Below are positions 1-13,383 of a stretch of 64,000 nucleotides of DNA, piece by piece. Made by a program: the position numbers and the translations under genes. This DNA is from Octopus bimaculoides. Lineage: Eukaryota. The DNA is taken from the NCBI RefSeq assembly GCF_001194135.2, contig NC_068983.1:73950546-74014545 (forward strand). Direction: 5' to 3'. Under the pieces are notes generated by a model. It saw nothing but the letters and a program-made list of their open reading frames with translations, did no database searches and was not told the DNA's origin. Numbering within the stretch: the first letter of the stretch is position 1; each line of letters begins with the position of its first letter.

Positions 1-286
1 ATATATACATGTATGTATATGTATCTGAGCATCTGTGTATCAGTGTATTTTGTTTTTGCATGAGTAGTATGGTAGTTTTAATGAAATTGTGCCTTCTCTA
101 TTTTTTATCATGTCTTAAAAGCAAGCTTTGTTTTATGGAATTTTTGATACTGAATTTCAGTGTTTGTTTTTGTTGTATTTTTGGTGTTTTATTTTTGTGA
201 CATATACTCAAAAAGTTTCTTATTATCCAGAAAAGGATTTAAAGCAAAATATATATTTTAGATGATATATCACTAAGAAGGACATA

Positions 287-590
287 CCATATTTGATGGC
301 CTCCTAGGCTATACTTTTGTAAAATAAATTACCACTAAAATAATGTTTTAATTCCTCCACTTACCTGTATAACTTTATGTTATTACTGGTAATTATAAGC
401 AATTTATTGCTTCCACATTCGATATAAACATACTGTAGGTGATTGTTCACCAATAGATGGCAGCACACGTTTTGTAAACATAATATCGTTTGAGCGAGTT
501 TTGAGTCTATATTGAGGGCATTGGATGCAGGGAGATTTTTAAAGCCATTTTTGGGTAAAAAAGGTGCGTCTTATAGGCCATCAAATATGG
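287..590. mobile_element. pogo/Tc1-mariner-type MITE
   Basis: Perfect 15-bp TIRs CCATATTTGATGGCC (287-301) / GGCCATCAAATATGG (576-590), flanked by TA on both sides; no ORF. Confidence 0.8.
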
Positions 591-621
<31 letters not shown>

Positions 622-629
622 ATAATAAG

Positions 630-1270
630 TGTTTGACTCAGTTTCACATGACTTAAGTTTCATTAAATGTTTGGAGGTAGAATGAAAGGTTTGAAAGAAA
701 TTCGATTGGGCTTTTAGATGTTTAAGCTTCTATTGGTCAGCTCAGATCAATGTGGTTTGAATACTGTTATTTTCCTTATTTTGAAGTCCACTTCTTCAGA
801 CAGGATATTGGCAGGGTGTTGACACCCCTTTGGCTGTATGCCATAATACAGTATACTCAGTGTCATCAATTTCTTGGATTAGGTACTGTACACAGAGAGG
901 TAATGCAGGTCAATGGAGTATGTGTTACTTCTCACAGAAGCAGAGTTGGTAATTGTGCATCCCAGGTGAATAAGGAAGGGCCTTGTAAAGAATACTTCAG
1001 TTGATGTTGGGGATGTTATTTCAATGGTCATACAATCTTTGAATGAAGTGAAACAGGGAGATTGAGTTTTTCCCTATCACTATATCTGAAGTAGTGCATG
1101 TTCTGTGTATACCTTTTTAAAAAAATGTATTTACTGTCATATCTGTGTATTGTGATCCATCAGATGGTGTAAGGATGGCTTTATTGACTACAACCTTTGA
1201 GAGGCAGGATCACACCTGTGAGAAGTGGTAGGATTTCTGAAGTTACAGGTTGGGGTGTGGTTTGAAGGCA
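630..1270 (-). mobile_element. Highly decayed Penelope-like element remnant (GIY-YIG region plus pLTR)
   Basis: Minus-strand frameshifted pieces 'CTITNSASVRSNTYSI' and 'TCITS...VYCI' resemble the PLE endonuclease start. A degenerate hammerhead-like core (TTAATGA...GAAACTGAGTC) lies downstream at ~635-666. Confidence 0.4.
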
Positions 1271-1739
1271 GTGTAGGTGTATGTTTGTGTCTATTGTAGC
1301 ATATGATATTTGAAGCAATATTGTTGAAATGTGGGTAACTCATTATGATTCATATCAACATCTTAACTTTATGAGTACCCAATAAAAGGAACTAATGTTC
1401 CTGATTATACTGTACCACAGGCCACTGTCAAAGTGGTGCCTGTCTTATGCCAACATCCTGTTCAGATATTTAAACTTAAAAGCAAGTAAAATAACTAGTT
1501 ACTTTGATAGCGTAGATACCATATGCCCTAAGCTGATCAATAGAGGCCTAAAGCACCTAGAAGCCAGATTTAATTTTTTTCAAACCCTTTACACTACCTT
1601 TGAACATCTGATGATAAGGACAGTTCTTACTTGTCCACAAAAATTCAAATCATGTGGAGCTGACTCAAACAGTTATTATATATATGAATATTCAAGAAAA
1701 TATGTTAAGTGCTACATTCTTCCACTTGTAAACTCATTC

Positions 1740-1773
<34 letters not shown>

Positions 1774-2854
1774 CAAATAAGAAAATGGAGAGGATAATCA
1801 ATCAGCCTGTAAACATTCATTTGGATCTATTTATTAATTAATTACAATCATATGTATAAATAATTAAAATAAATAAACAAATAAACAAGTAAATAAATAA
1901 ATAAGAATAAATAAATGAGTGAGAATAAATGAGTGAAAAAATACTAAACTCTTACAGTTGTTTCTATTTTGTGTGTGTCTAACTTGCCAAGGTTTCCACA
2001 TCATACCAGTAATATGCAGGAATTGTACAAAGGTTGAACAAACATTGGACAGGGGTTGAACAATAATTTAGCCCCAAAGCTTTATCAGAGAGACCATAAT
2101 GTTAGGAATCTAACATGTGAGGAAGAAAGAAAATAATAAAATAGAATAATAAAATAATAAAAATAGTAAGGAATGCGACAACAACAGAGAAAAGGGAAAG
2201 AACGGAACACTCATGAAAATGTATGTTTGAATGTATGTGTGTGTGTGTGTGTTTGTGTTTGTTCGTGTAAGTAATAATGTATATAGAGATAAAGAGATTT
2301 ATAGAAAGAAGTTATTGTCTAGGTCAAATTCCTTCTTTCAATGCATGAAGGAACAATGACACTTGCAGTTAAAGACACACACACACACACACACTGCTAT
2401 TTCTAAACTTAACTATTTCAGTGAAACATTGAAAACTGGTCTTACTTTATGAAACAAGTAAGTAAAAAATATGTTTCAAAAATTTAAATTTTGAATTTAG
2501 CTTTATTAAAATTACATCCCTAATCAGCTAAAACCATTTTTGTCTCTGCTTTAGAATTATTACATATATGTTCTAATGTTTTTCATTAAATCAAACCTTT
2601 TGTTTGTCTTATTTTACCTATATTTTTTGTCATTCTGTCTTGGGACAAAATGTGCAATTTCCGATTTCTCGTTATTTTCTCCCTACCTGTTTTTAACCAT
2701 TACATTGCTAGTATTGCATTCCCATTTTGTACCATTGCATCATCTTTGGGAGTAGAAATTGGTCAGTATAGTTTATGTAGTTGAAGTTGAGAGAGTTTGA
2801 AACATAGGTGACAGGTAATTATTTTCAAGCAACTTTGACTTGGATGCAGTCACA

Positions 2855-3242
2855 GTGTTGTTGTTGGCACTCAGTCGCTTACGACGTCGAGGGTTCCAGT
2901 TGATCTGATCAACAGAACAGCCAGCTTGTGAAATTAACGTGCAAGTGGCTGAGCACTCCACAGACATGTGTACCCTTAACGTAGTTCTCGGGGATATTCA
3001 GCGTGACACAGTGTGACAAGGCTGACCCTTTGAATTACAGGCACAACAGAAACAGAAAGTAAGAGTGAGAGAAAGTTGTGGTGAAAGAGTACAGCAGGGT
3101 TCGCCACCATCCCCTGCCGGAGCCTCGTGGAGCTTTAGGTGTTTTCGCTCAATAAACACTCACAACACCCGGTCTGGGAATTGAGACCGCGATCCTATGA
3201 CCACGAGTACGCTGCCCTAACCACTGGACCATTGCGCCTCCA
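2855..3242 (-). mobile_element. tRNA-derived SINE, family B (OR-like head TGGAGGCGCAATGG...)
   Basis: A/B-box-like head on the minus strand, (AAC)n tail, near-identical to 34594-34972; possible TSD ATGCAGT (2844-2850 / 3242-3248). Confidence 0.85.
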
Positions 3243-3934
3243 TGCAGTTGAAGTAGCTAATAAATATCTGGATAAGTTTTGGTATTTAACCATCAATATT
3301 CCTTTCTTTGTTGGATTCTACATCAATTTTTTTCCCCACACTAGTTTCTAATTTGATAATCTTTAAGCTTCAAAAAAAAAAAATTTCTAAATTGGGGCAA
3401 AATGAGTCATTACTAATTTCAATAATTTCTTTATAACTGCACAGTGCATAAATATATCAAGAAGAGAGCCACTCCAACAGGTCATGAAGAAGCTATAGAG
3501 AATATTTTATGTTGAGTTTTTAGATTTAGTCAAGTTTCATTAACTTTATATCATGGGCTAATTTTCCATGATCCTCTTTCACTTAACCAAGATACTTTAA
3601 ATTTTTGTTGTATTTCTAATCTTTCTGATGTCTAAGGATGGATGTTTATGTGTATGAGTCTTTTTTTTAAATGTAGTTCTGGAGAAATGGAGAAGCAAAT
3701 TTACCTTATCTTGTCTTACTCAATTTGCTTTGCCTAAATTTGTCTTTTATATGCTCAAAGAGAACAGCGATAATTATTTGAAATAGTTTTCTAAATATGT
3801 TATAGTTTTTACTGCATTTAGAGAAGGTTTTTACTTAGCTGATATAGTTTTGGCGAGGTAGTGAACATTTGTAAAAAATATATTTTCTTCAAAGTCAAAA
3901 CCGCAGAAAATATTACTCATTGTGTCTCACCTAC

Positions 3935-4251
3935 CTCTACTGGAAACTGGAAAAGCAGATTTTTGGAATAGCTGTTTGAATTTCCCTATTTTTGTTGGGC
4001 TTTTTCCTTTTTTTCTTTCATGCATTGCAAAGCAACGTAGGGAAGCCATTTTAAAAGTAGAATTTTTAAAATCCATGTCTTTTACATGTTTGGTATCTNN
4101 NNNNNNNNNNNNNNNNNNNNNNNNNNNNNNNNNNNNNNNNNNNNNNNNNNNNNNNNNNNNNNNNNNNNNNNNNNNNNNNNNNNNNNNNNNNNNNNNAAAG
4201 TGATTTATTCTCTTTTTCATAATTTTCCGTCATTTTATCGTATTCCACACT
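3935..4251 (-). CDS. Candidate exon(s) of an unidentified gene, spanning an assembly gap
   Basis: Acceptor atgtttcag then SVEYDKMTENYEKENKSL; after the gap, open frame DTKHVKDMDFKNSTFKMASLRCFAMHERKKGKSPTKIGKFKQLFQKSAFPVSSR, then donor AG|GTAGGT. No recognisable domain. Confidence 0.35.
4099..4196. other. Assembly gap (98 N)
   Basis: Run of N. Confidence 1.
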
Positions 4252-5152
4252 CTGAAACATTTGTAATTCACATTAAAACACAAAAAATCTTACCCCATCT
4301 CCCCTCCTTCATTGTACTTTTCACAATGAAGGAAAAGTCAAACAGTGCAAGTGGATGTGTAAAAAACGAAATTTGAATTTTGAAAAGTGTACCTATAAAG
4401 CAACATTTTCAGTCATTTATTTAAACTTTCTTTGCTAACTCATCAAGTTCAATTACATGAAATGGATGGGTTTTGAGATTTAAATTTGGTAATTTTCCAA
4501 GATTTTAATTCTTGTGTATGAGGGGCCCACTAAAATTGAAGTGCCCCAGTTCCCCATAGTTTAAATTCAGTCCTAATTTAGAGGCAAATAATAAAGTATA
4601 AAATTAAATATTAATCACTTAAATTTGTCATGAATAGCCATTAGTATGATCTCTTTTGGAGCATTGAAACATTGAGCACTCTTTTATCTGTTACATAAGG
4701 CAGTATTAAAAGATCTGTTGGTAAATATGTGTGTATTTGTGTGTGTGTGTGTCTGTATGAATGTATGTGTAAGCATACACTCAGAAACATGCATGCAAAC
4801 ACATATATGTATATGTGTAACTCTTGAGTCTGTGTTTGTATGTATATACATATATATGTATATGCGTGTGCATGTGTGTGTGTGTTTGTGTGTGGGGGTA
4901 ATCCATAATTAAGACTTTATTGCTTGTAATGAATTCTTTCTTAATGACACAGTTATAATTACACAAGAAACTTCAAAGAATTTTAGCATCGTCTTCATAG
5001 TTCTACAAATTATATCTGCTTCCATGAGATGCAAATGAAATTACATTTAGCCTTGTCTTTGTGACTTTACTATCTGTTCTCTCCTCTCTCTTTTTTACTC
5101 TCTGTATATATGTCTCTCTATCTATCTGTCTCTCTATCTATCTATATCTTTA

Positions 5153-5194
<42 letters not shown>

Positions 5195-5598
5195 CACATA
5201 TTTAGTTATGTATTTATCTATCAATCAACACATCTTTCTATCATTTTTATATGTGTTTATGTTTATGGTGCAAACCACTTATTATAATCAAGTTAGTGTT
5301 ACCATAATTAGTACTCCCTAAACATGCTCAAGATATTGTTATATTCGCTGCTTAATATTATTAGTTAGTTAATGTTATCTAAATCGCTTTGTTCAAAAAT
5401 TATTACAAGCAGTAACTTCCAATGTGCATACATGCATGCACATGTGCACAAACACATAATGCATTAAGATATTAATTTCTGAAATGGGGAGAGAGAATTC
5501 AATACATGCAAAATATGTGGTTTATTTAAGCAAAATTCATTTCTTGTGACTCAAGTTTCATGCAACCACAATCATCAGGCAGGTGTGTGTGTGTATGT

Positions 5599-5647
<49 letters not shown>

Positions 5648-6258
5648 NNNNNNNNNNNNNNNNNNNNNNNNNNNNNNNNNNNNNNNNNNNNNNNNNNNNN
5701 NNNNNNNNNNNNNNNNNNNNNNNNNNNNNNNNNNNNNNNNNNNNNNNNNNNNNNNNNNNNNNNNNNNNNNNNNNNNNNNNNNNNNNNNNNNNNNNNNNNN
5801 NNNNNNNNNNNNNNNNNNNNNNNNNNNNNNNNNNNNNNNNNNNNNNNNNNNNNNNNNNNNNNNNNNNNNNNNNNNNNNNNNNNNNNNNNNNNNNNNNNNN
5901 NNNNNNNNNNNNNNNNNNNNNNNNNNNNNNNNNNNNNNNNNNNNNNNNNNNNNNNNNNNNNNNNNNNNNNNNNNNNNNNNNNNNNNNNNNNNNNNNNNNN
6001 NNNNNNNNNNNNNNNNNNNNNNNNNNNNNNNNNNNNNNNNNNNNNNNNNNNNNNNNNNNNNNNNNNNNNNNNNNNNNNNNNNNNNNNNNNNNNNNNNNNN
6101 NNNNNNNNNNNNNNNNNNNNNNNNNNNNNNNNNNNNNNNNNNNNNNNNNNNNNNNNNNNNNNNNNNNNNNNNNNNNNNNNNNNNNNNNNNNNNNNNNNNN
6201 NNNNNNNNNNNNNNNNNNNNNNNNNNNNNNNNNNNNNNNNNNNNNNNNNNNNNNNNNN
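5648..6258. other. Assembly gap flanked by (TA)n
   Basis: Run of N. Confidence 1.
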
Positions 6259-6384
6259 TATATATATATGCATATACATATATGTACATATGTATGTATG
6301 TATAATGTAAGAGAAAGTGAGAAAGACAGATTGATTGACAGAGATGTAGATGTAGATTTAAATACAAATACATACACGTATTAT

Positions 6385-6790
6385 ATTCTTTTATTTTACC
6401 TCCTTCAGTCATTTGACTGCAGTCATACTGGAGCACAACTTTGAAGGATTTCATTTGAACAAATCAACTCCAAGACATATTTTTTAAAGCCTAGTATTTA
6501 TTCTATTGGTCTCTTTTGCCAAACCACTAGGTTATGGGGACATAAACACACCAATACCATTTGTCAACTAGAGATAGAGCAAGGGTACAAGGACACACAT
6601 AGAGACATATATACATACATACATATACATATATATATATATGACATGCTTCTTTCGTTTTCCATCTACCAAATCCACTCACAAGGCTATAGTAAAAACA
6701 CTTGCTCAAAGTGGCATGCAGTGAGACTGAACCTTGGACCATGTGGTTGAGAAGCAAGTTTCCTACCACACAGCCACGGCTGCACCTACA
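6385..6790 (-). mobile_element. tRNA-derived SINE, family A (diverged copy)
   Basis: Reverse complement matches the 20184/22560 copies: head GCTGTGTGGTAGGAAACTTGC, central microsatellite, tail CAGTCAAATGACTGAAG. Confidence 0.8.
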
Positions 6791-6794
6791 TATA

Positions 6795-6975
6795 TATTAG
6801 ACACAAGATGTGATCTATTTCTAGCGCATCAATTGTCCATGTTAGTGGTCGACGTTATTTTTTTAAATGTACCTTAATCCCCTGAGATTGCAGATAATAT
6901 TTCTGAATCTCTTTGATTCTTTAGATGTGCTAGCCTACTGATAATTAATCGATATTAATTAATATATGACTAATT
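6795..6975 (-). mobile_element. Penelope-like ORF-end/pLTR fragment, same family as 19672-20175
   Basis: Aligns by eye with 19995-20170 (TTAGTGGTC, TTAATCCCCTGAGAT, ATCGATATTAATTAATAT). Confidence 0.6.
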
Positions 6976-7019
6976 ACCAAATATTATATATATATATATA
7001 TATATATAAGCAATGTTAA

Positions 7020-7078
<59 letters not shown>

Positions 7079-7944
7079 CATACATACATACACACACGCA
7101 CATAAGTGTATATATATATATATATATATAATGACGATAATTTATGAATATACATACACACATGAATGTTATTGCTTTTACATTTCACATAAAAACTTGA
7201 TCTGTTACTTATTCATTGTATATGAATCTTGACTTGTGCTGCATCATTTGAAAGCACTTAATGAAAGTCTCAGTAAATATCTGCATTATTCAATCACTAA
7301 TCAATTGGTTATCTATCACTGTGTACATATTTATATACATCTCCTCATTGTCTACTGTATGGAAAATATAAGCATGGTGGAAAACTTCTAAATGGAATAT
7401 ATTGTATATCCAATATGGCAGTATTGCTGTTGGTTCCTATTTGTCATTTGTTTGTTGTCATTTATTACAACCATTCTCAAGACATAAATTATATTAGTTT
7501 CCTAAGTCTTATGTATTTAGAAGACCTTCCTCTGTATTGTTCTCATGGTGAGTGAGTGTGTGTGTGTAAATATGTGTTGCTTATGTATATATGTATATGC
7601 AGCATATATGTATATCTTTATCCTATATATGTGTATAAAGTACATATCTATAGCATTGCATGTATATCCCATATATACGTGTGTGGGTGTGTGTGTATGT
7701 GTATTATGTATAATAGTTTACACCACTCTAATTAGCCTACTCTTTGTCTCACCTGCTCTCTTTATCTTACTCAGCCTCCTTTCTTTTTCAACTGGAGTAT
7801 TTATGTATCTATTCTACAGCAGGACAACTATCCTTGTCCCTCTATACCTCTAATCTGTCATCAACTGGTACAAATTCACTCACCCCACTCCCTACTACTC
7901 CCTTCTCTCTGTTGAAGTAGTCTTTGTCTTGCAAGTTACTTAAT

Positions 7945-8060
7945 GACCCTATTGGGGGTAAAAAGCACCCAGTACACTCTGTAGAGTGGTTGGCATTAGG
8001 AAGGGCATCCAGCCAATAGAAACCATGCCAAAACAGACAATGGGGCCTGATACAGCTTCT
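7945..8060 (+). mobile_element. RTE LINE 3' UTR fragment
   Basis: AAAAGCACCCAGTACACTCTGTAGAGTGGTTGGCATTAGGAAGGGCATCCAGCC, shared with 42372-42580 and the 3' end of the 45-47 kb LINE family. Confidence 0.65.
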
Positions 8061-8284
8061 GACCTTAAATACTACAAGGCTTTTATTTTAGCACTTTGAT
8101 CCTTGAGCCCCTAAACCTTCCTAAAGGGCTACTGAAATAAAATAAGTTTAATTACATCCAATCACATTTGTGATTGGTTTTGCCTATCACCCTTGCTATG
8201 TATTGATGTACTTGTCAGCTATTGAGGTTGAGTCCAGTATACTACACTCTTTCTGTACAAATTTATGCCAGAATAAATACTTAA

Positions 8285-8496
8285 CCCTTTTGAGACACTC
8301 AGTGTTTTTGGTATGTGTAGCCCAAAAGACCAAAATTGTTTTTCATATTGAGATACATCTACTGAAAGATGATCTCTGAATAGCTATTACACTTCAGAAC
8401 TAATCATTCACAACATTTTTTCTATTGGGCTATTTCTATAGTCCTTTTAACTTGTATCACTTGGGCTGCTCAATCAGTCTTGATGTCCCAAGAGGG
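8285..8496. mobile_element. piggyBac-type MITE
   Basis: TTAA at 8281-8284 and 8497-8500; TIRs CCCTTTTGAGACAC / ATGTCCCAAGAGGG. Confidence 0.7.
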
Positions 8497-8788
8497 TTAA
8501 TAATACACATTAATGTAATATATTCATTGTTATGTCCTTAAGGAATATAATATTTAGTTTATTATATATATTTATATTAGTTATATACATTTATCATATT
8601 AGTTACATTTATTACATTATAATACATCTATTATGCAAATGCATTATGCAAGTATATAAGTTTATTACATAATTATGTTGTATGCACTTATTATATAAAT
8701 TTATTGTTATAGATTATGAGGAAAATTCATTACAAAAGTTTATTGTGTAAATTTTTGTATGTTATTAAAATACATTATATACTGTTTA

Positions 8789-11137
8789 ATATATTTCTTG
8801 ACTTAGGAGTTTAATTCATTTCGTAGTTGAGCTTGTAACTCAATCATATGTCAAATCAATTTTCCCCATTGAAATGAATTGAAATGCCATTAATCCATTC
8901 TGGGCCCACCAAAAAACACCACAATGTTTTTTGTTACATGTTTTTAAATAAGAAAAATGGACTTATTTATAATGAATATTGTATAAAAAAAACAATACAA
9001 TAGAATGTACTGCAATAAATTGGTTTTATTAAGTATAATGTACAGCATTTATCTTGGAGACCAGATGATTTGAGGATGCTGACGGAGGTGGAGGAGAAAG
9101 GCTTGATTGAATAACTGAATCTTATTCACTGATTTTTGCCCTTTTCGCCATGCTTCCAACATTTTCATCTGCAGGAGTTTTCGATAAAAACCTGTCCAAT
9201 GAGGTCTCTTTCATCCTCTTTCAGAATGTTTCTGAAATGAGTTAGGCAAGTGTTGTCATTATATAGCCCCATCACATGCCCAGTTGCAACTTTTTCTGAG
9301 TGTTACTTTTGAATAAAGTCTGAAGGTTTCTCCCACATTCCCAGCATTTGCTTTATCGCACTTGTAGAGCTAACCTCCTCCGCCTCCTCTGCATCACCTA
9401 TTTCCTGTGTGCTGCTGCGTCTGTAGCTCCTTTAGCGCTTCCGTTGTCAGTTCCTCAGAGTGCTCTTTGATGAGCTCATTGATGTCACCTACATCCATGT
9501 CCAGGCCCATGGACTTGCCGAGTGATACAATCTCCTTCACCACTCCTACTTCAGGTTTGAGTCTTTCAAAGTTCATTTCAGACACAACCTCAGACCTCAG
9601 CTTCCTCCATACAGAGGTCAAGGTCCTCTTTGTAACACCTTGCCAGGCCATATCGATAATTCAGTGGCTTATCATGACGTTATAGTGATCCTTCCAGTAC
9701 TCTCAAAGGGTAAGGTCTGTGCTCTCTGTCACCTCAAGGTAGCAACGGAATAGGTGCTTGGTGAACAGCTTTTCAAAATTAGAAATCACCTGCTGGTCCA
9801 TGGACTGCAGGGTAGGAGTGGTGTTGGATGGAAGGTAGAGAACCTTTATAAACTTGAGCTCTTCAAGGATGTCATCTTCAAGGTTAGGTGGGTGAGCAGA
9901 TGCATTGTCTAGGATGAGAAGGGCTTGCAGGGGTAGGTTATTTTCCCGAAGGTATTTCTTCACATCAGGACCAAAGACCAAATTCATCCACTTCACAAAA
10001 AAACTGCCTGGTGACCCATGCCCTTGGGTTTGCCCTCCTCATAATCTGCAGTCTTTCTTTCAGAATCTTATGTAATTTAAAGGCTCTGGGGTTTTCTGAA
10101 TGATAAACAAGCAGCATTAGTGCACAGTGTAAAGGTTAGCCTATCCTTCATGGGTTTGTGGCCTGGCATCCTCTTCTCCTCTACCATTATATAAGTCCTC
10201 CTTGGCATCTTCTTCCAAAAAAGTCCTGTCTTGTCACAGTTGAAGACTTGGTGGGGTATGTATCCTTCGGCTGCTATAATTCTGGCAAAAGTTTTGAGGT
10301 AATCCTCAGCTACCTTCATATCAGTGCTTGCTGCCTCACCATGCTTGACAAGGGAGTGAATGCTGGTCCTCTTTTTAAATTTCTCACCCAATGCCTCATT
10401 CATACAAGTACCTCAGGTCTGTTGCAGCATATCAGTGTAAATAGCTAATGTCTTCTTGCAGATTATAGCCTCCATCATGGTATCTTCTGCAAGCTGCTTC
10501 TCCTTCAGCCACACCATCAGCAGCTTCTCCATATTTTCATGGATAGATATCCGCTGCTTAGAAATTATTTTAACACCCTTATAGCCCTTATTACCTCCTT
10601 CTACTTCAGTATGGTGCTATGCTCGTACTGCTTCACCAAGTTGACTACATGCACACATTGGTGATGCTTTCCTTTAATTTCTTTCTCTAATTCAAAGCAC
10701 ATCATCCACTTCTTCTTCTCAGCACTGTCCTTTGCACCCACTTTCTTGGAAAATAACTGCAAGCACAATTGCGAGCACAACACTGATGCTTCTGTAGCCT
10801 GAAACAACTAAGTAAGCATTTTACCACCTGTCTAGCTAACGATCCACTAACGATCTTCGCCCTTGCTAACATATATATCTGTCTAGCTATCGATCTACTA
10901 ATGATCTTTGCACTTGCTAACATGCATATCTGTCTAGCTATCGAGTGAGACATGGGATGCTAGGCGGATGTTATGGCATTCACTATGGTATTTGCTATGC
11001 CAACTAGCTGTGGGGTATCTGAAGCTGGCTTGTAATCCAAATTTTAGCTTGCAACTCAAAGCAAAAAACTGGCTGAGAGATGGCTTGTATCTTGAAAATC
11101 TCATTAGTTGGGACACTTCTAAGTCAAGGTACCACTG
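8789..11137 (-). mobile_element. Near full-length (~2.35 kb) decayed Tigger/pogo DNA transposon
   Basis: 5' TIR TA|CAGTGGTACCTTGACTTAG (11137) and degenerate opposite TIR core CTTGACTTAG (8797-8806). Broken transposase: HTH-like N-terminus (10601-10807), FNCDKTGLFWKKMP (10077-10403), LILDNASAHP...LPSNTTPTLQSMDQQVISNF DDE_1 motifs (9703-9996), C-terminus (9394-9651). Confidence 0.92.
10828..10944. repeat. 51-bp tandem repeat (~2.3 copies) in the Tigger 5' region
   Basis: Unit CTGTCTAGCTAACGATCCACTAACGATCTTCGCCCTTGCTAACATATATAT at 10828; variants at 10879 and 10930 (partial). Confidence 0.85.
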
Positions 11138-11159
11138 TATGCTTATATTTGAACAGAAA

Positions 11160-11385
11160 CTGAATGAAGCCTGTTGTATGTGTGTGTGTGTTTTGTCTCC
11201 CACCACCATTGACATCAGATGTTGGTATGCTTACGAACTCGTAACCTAGTGGTTTGGCAAAAGAGACCGATAGAACAAGTACCAGATAAAAAAAAGTACT
11301 GGGGTTGATTCCTTCAACTAAAGTTCTTCAAGAATGGCTGTAGTCTAATTTCTAAAACAAGTAAAAAAAATAAAAGATAAAGATT
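11160..11385 (+). mobile_element. SINE family A, 3' half
   Basis: GGTTTGGCAAAAGAGACCGATAGAACAAGTACC core and AAGTAAAA...AAAGATAAAG tail. Confidence 0.7.
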
Positions 11386-12212
11386 ATATATATATATATA
11401 TATATATATTATCATAGTTATTTACAAATACATTCACAAGCCTGTGAAGTTACTTGTAAAGATGCATGCTGTTTTAAAAATATGTGTGCAATATTAGTTG
11501 AATTTTATTTTAAAATACATGTACATGAAATGATATCCACTTGTATAACTGCATATAGTTGTAGATTGTGCAACTACAGTTCTGTCCTTGTGCAATCATT
11601 CATCATGCAGTTGGATGTTATTTCACTGACATCTAATTACAACCACATTTGTCTAAGTGCAGCAATGTGCACTTGCTGTAATCAGCATGTCAATGTAGTT
11701 GGAGCTATATTTAGTAACATTCAGATGCATTTTTAGCAAGGCATATATAAAGTTACACTCAACTGCAGCAAAATCAATCACAGCCTGTCAGATTTTTTTT
11801 TTGATCCCTAGTTCCAGTTTAGGTTTCAGCTGTGGAAGCCAAAAAGCATCATCAAGTGCAACACCAGTTACATCTGATTGAAAATGCATATACAAGCTGC
11901 TGTGTAGTTGCAAATATATGCAACTATATTCCAAAAGTGGATTATAGTGTCCACAAATTAGTGCTTTACGTTGTTTGAATTTGTTAAGAGAATATGCACA
12001 TATCATTATATAACTCAGTTTAATTAGCTTTAATGTTTTAATCCTTTCATGTTCATACATTGAACAGCTAGCAATTATTTGTATCAATTATTACTAGAAT
12101 TCAGAATAATGTGTGTGTGTGTATGTGGTTATTTAATCCACTACCCTACAGTTCATATTTTTACCTGCAATGTATTTCACTTCTCTTGCCTTCATTAGGT
12201 ATCATGTTTATC

Positions 12213-12215
<3 letters not shown>

Positions 12216-12265
<50 letters not shown>
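12216..12265. repeat. (CT)n microsatellite
   Basis: Perfect dinucleotide run. Confidence 0.95.
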
Positions 12266-12268
<3 letters not shown>

Positions 12269-12517
12269 ATAAAGATCCATGTGTTTAATCCTTGTCAAAA
12301 GATGATTTTATATTTTTTATAAAAATATGAAATCAGATGATCAAAGAATATACTATTTAAAACATTGGATAGATATGTTATTTCTTTCACATAACTCCCC
12401 AATCTATTGAACATGTGCCTATATCTAATTTCTACAATGGTAGGTGATTGATAGAGAAATGTGCACCGAGAGAGGCTACCAGTCTGTTGCTAGTTAACTC
12501 ACTACTACACATTGCAG

Positions 12518-12590
12518 ATTACCTAAAATCATCTATGCAAGTCAACAAAACACTTGCTGATTTCTATACTGCATCTACTGCTTGCAAGCA
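12518..12590 (+). CDS. Weak candidate exon (D)YLKSSMQVNKTLADFYTASTACK
   Basis: Acceptor ctacacattgcag, one open frame over 73 nt, weak donor CA|GTAAAA; its end phase does not join the 15006 exon directly. Confidence 0.2.
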
Positions 12591-13383
12591 GTAAAATATA
12601 CCATTATATAGTATGTATTAAATGTTTGCTGAACTGAGCTCCTGATGTCAAATTGAGTAGAGATTGAATGATGCAAATGATATTTGACTGCCTGCTCTTA
12701 TGTCATAAATTCTTATTAGTGTTGACTATGTCATCGCGCAGGGCTGTGGAGTCAAAGTCAGAGCTGGTAAAAATGTGCCAATTCTAACAATAATGTAAAT
12801 TGTATTATGATGCATTAAAATTTCCAATTTCACAGATACTAATTTGACTATCATCTGCATTAAAAATAATCAAATCAGATTTAAGGACTTCTATGAATGA
12901 GAATCTGATAGAAGTCATTTTGTTTTTAAGAACAAGATGTTAATAAATTTGGGGCTTGGATTTTTGACTTCACTTCTGTTCTATAAATAGGATGTTCTTT
13001 CTACAAATTTTGTAGGAATAAACTTTTTGGTCTTTGTTATATCATCAGTGATGATATATGATCTGTGTGTGGGTGTGGGTGTGTGTAGCAATATCTCACA
13101 GTACCAAATATAGCCATATAACAATAAGCAATGTAACAAGAGTTGGTTATCTTATAACCGTTCACACAATAACAATCCAATACTCCAATGCAGAATCAAT
13201 AAGGAGACTAATGCTCTCACAGTTTGACTTCAACTGCCTACTGGCTCATCTATTTATAGACTCATGCTGTCCATTGACAGTCACATGCAGGGGTCTCAGT
13301 TCACTCCACAACAGTCTTTTACAATATAATTTTGATTTCATTTAATCAAATTTCATTTCATTCACCTAAATTTCATATTTGAT

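Noticed and set aside
1395-1772. 125-aa ORF
   Set aside because: No recognisable motif, it ends in a (TA)n run, and there is no convincing splice-site pair.
5526-6454. Long ORFs of 234-298 aa (also 21045-22236 and 24446-25495)
   Set aside because: They are read-through of N gaps and (TA)n runs, not coding sequence.
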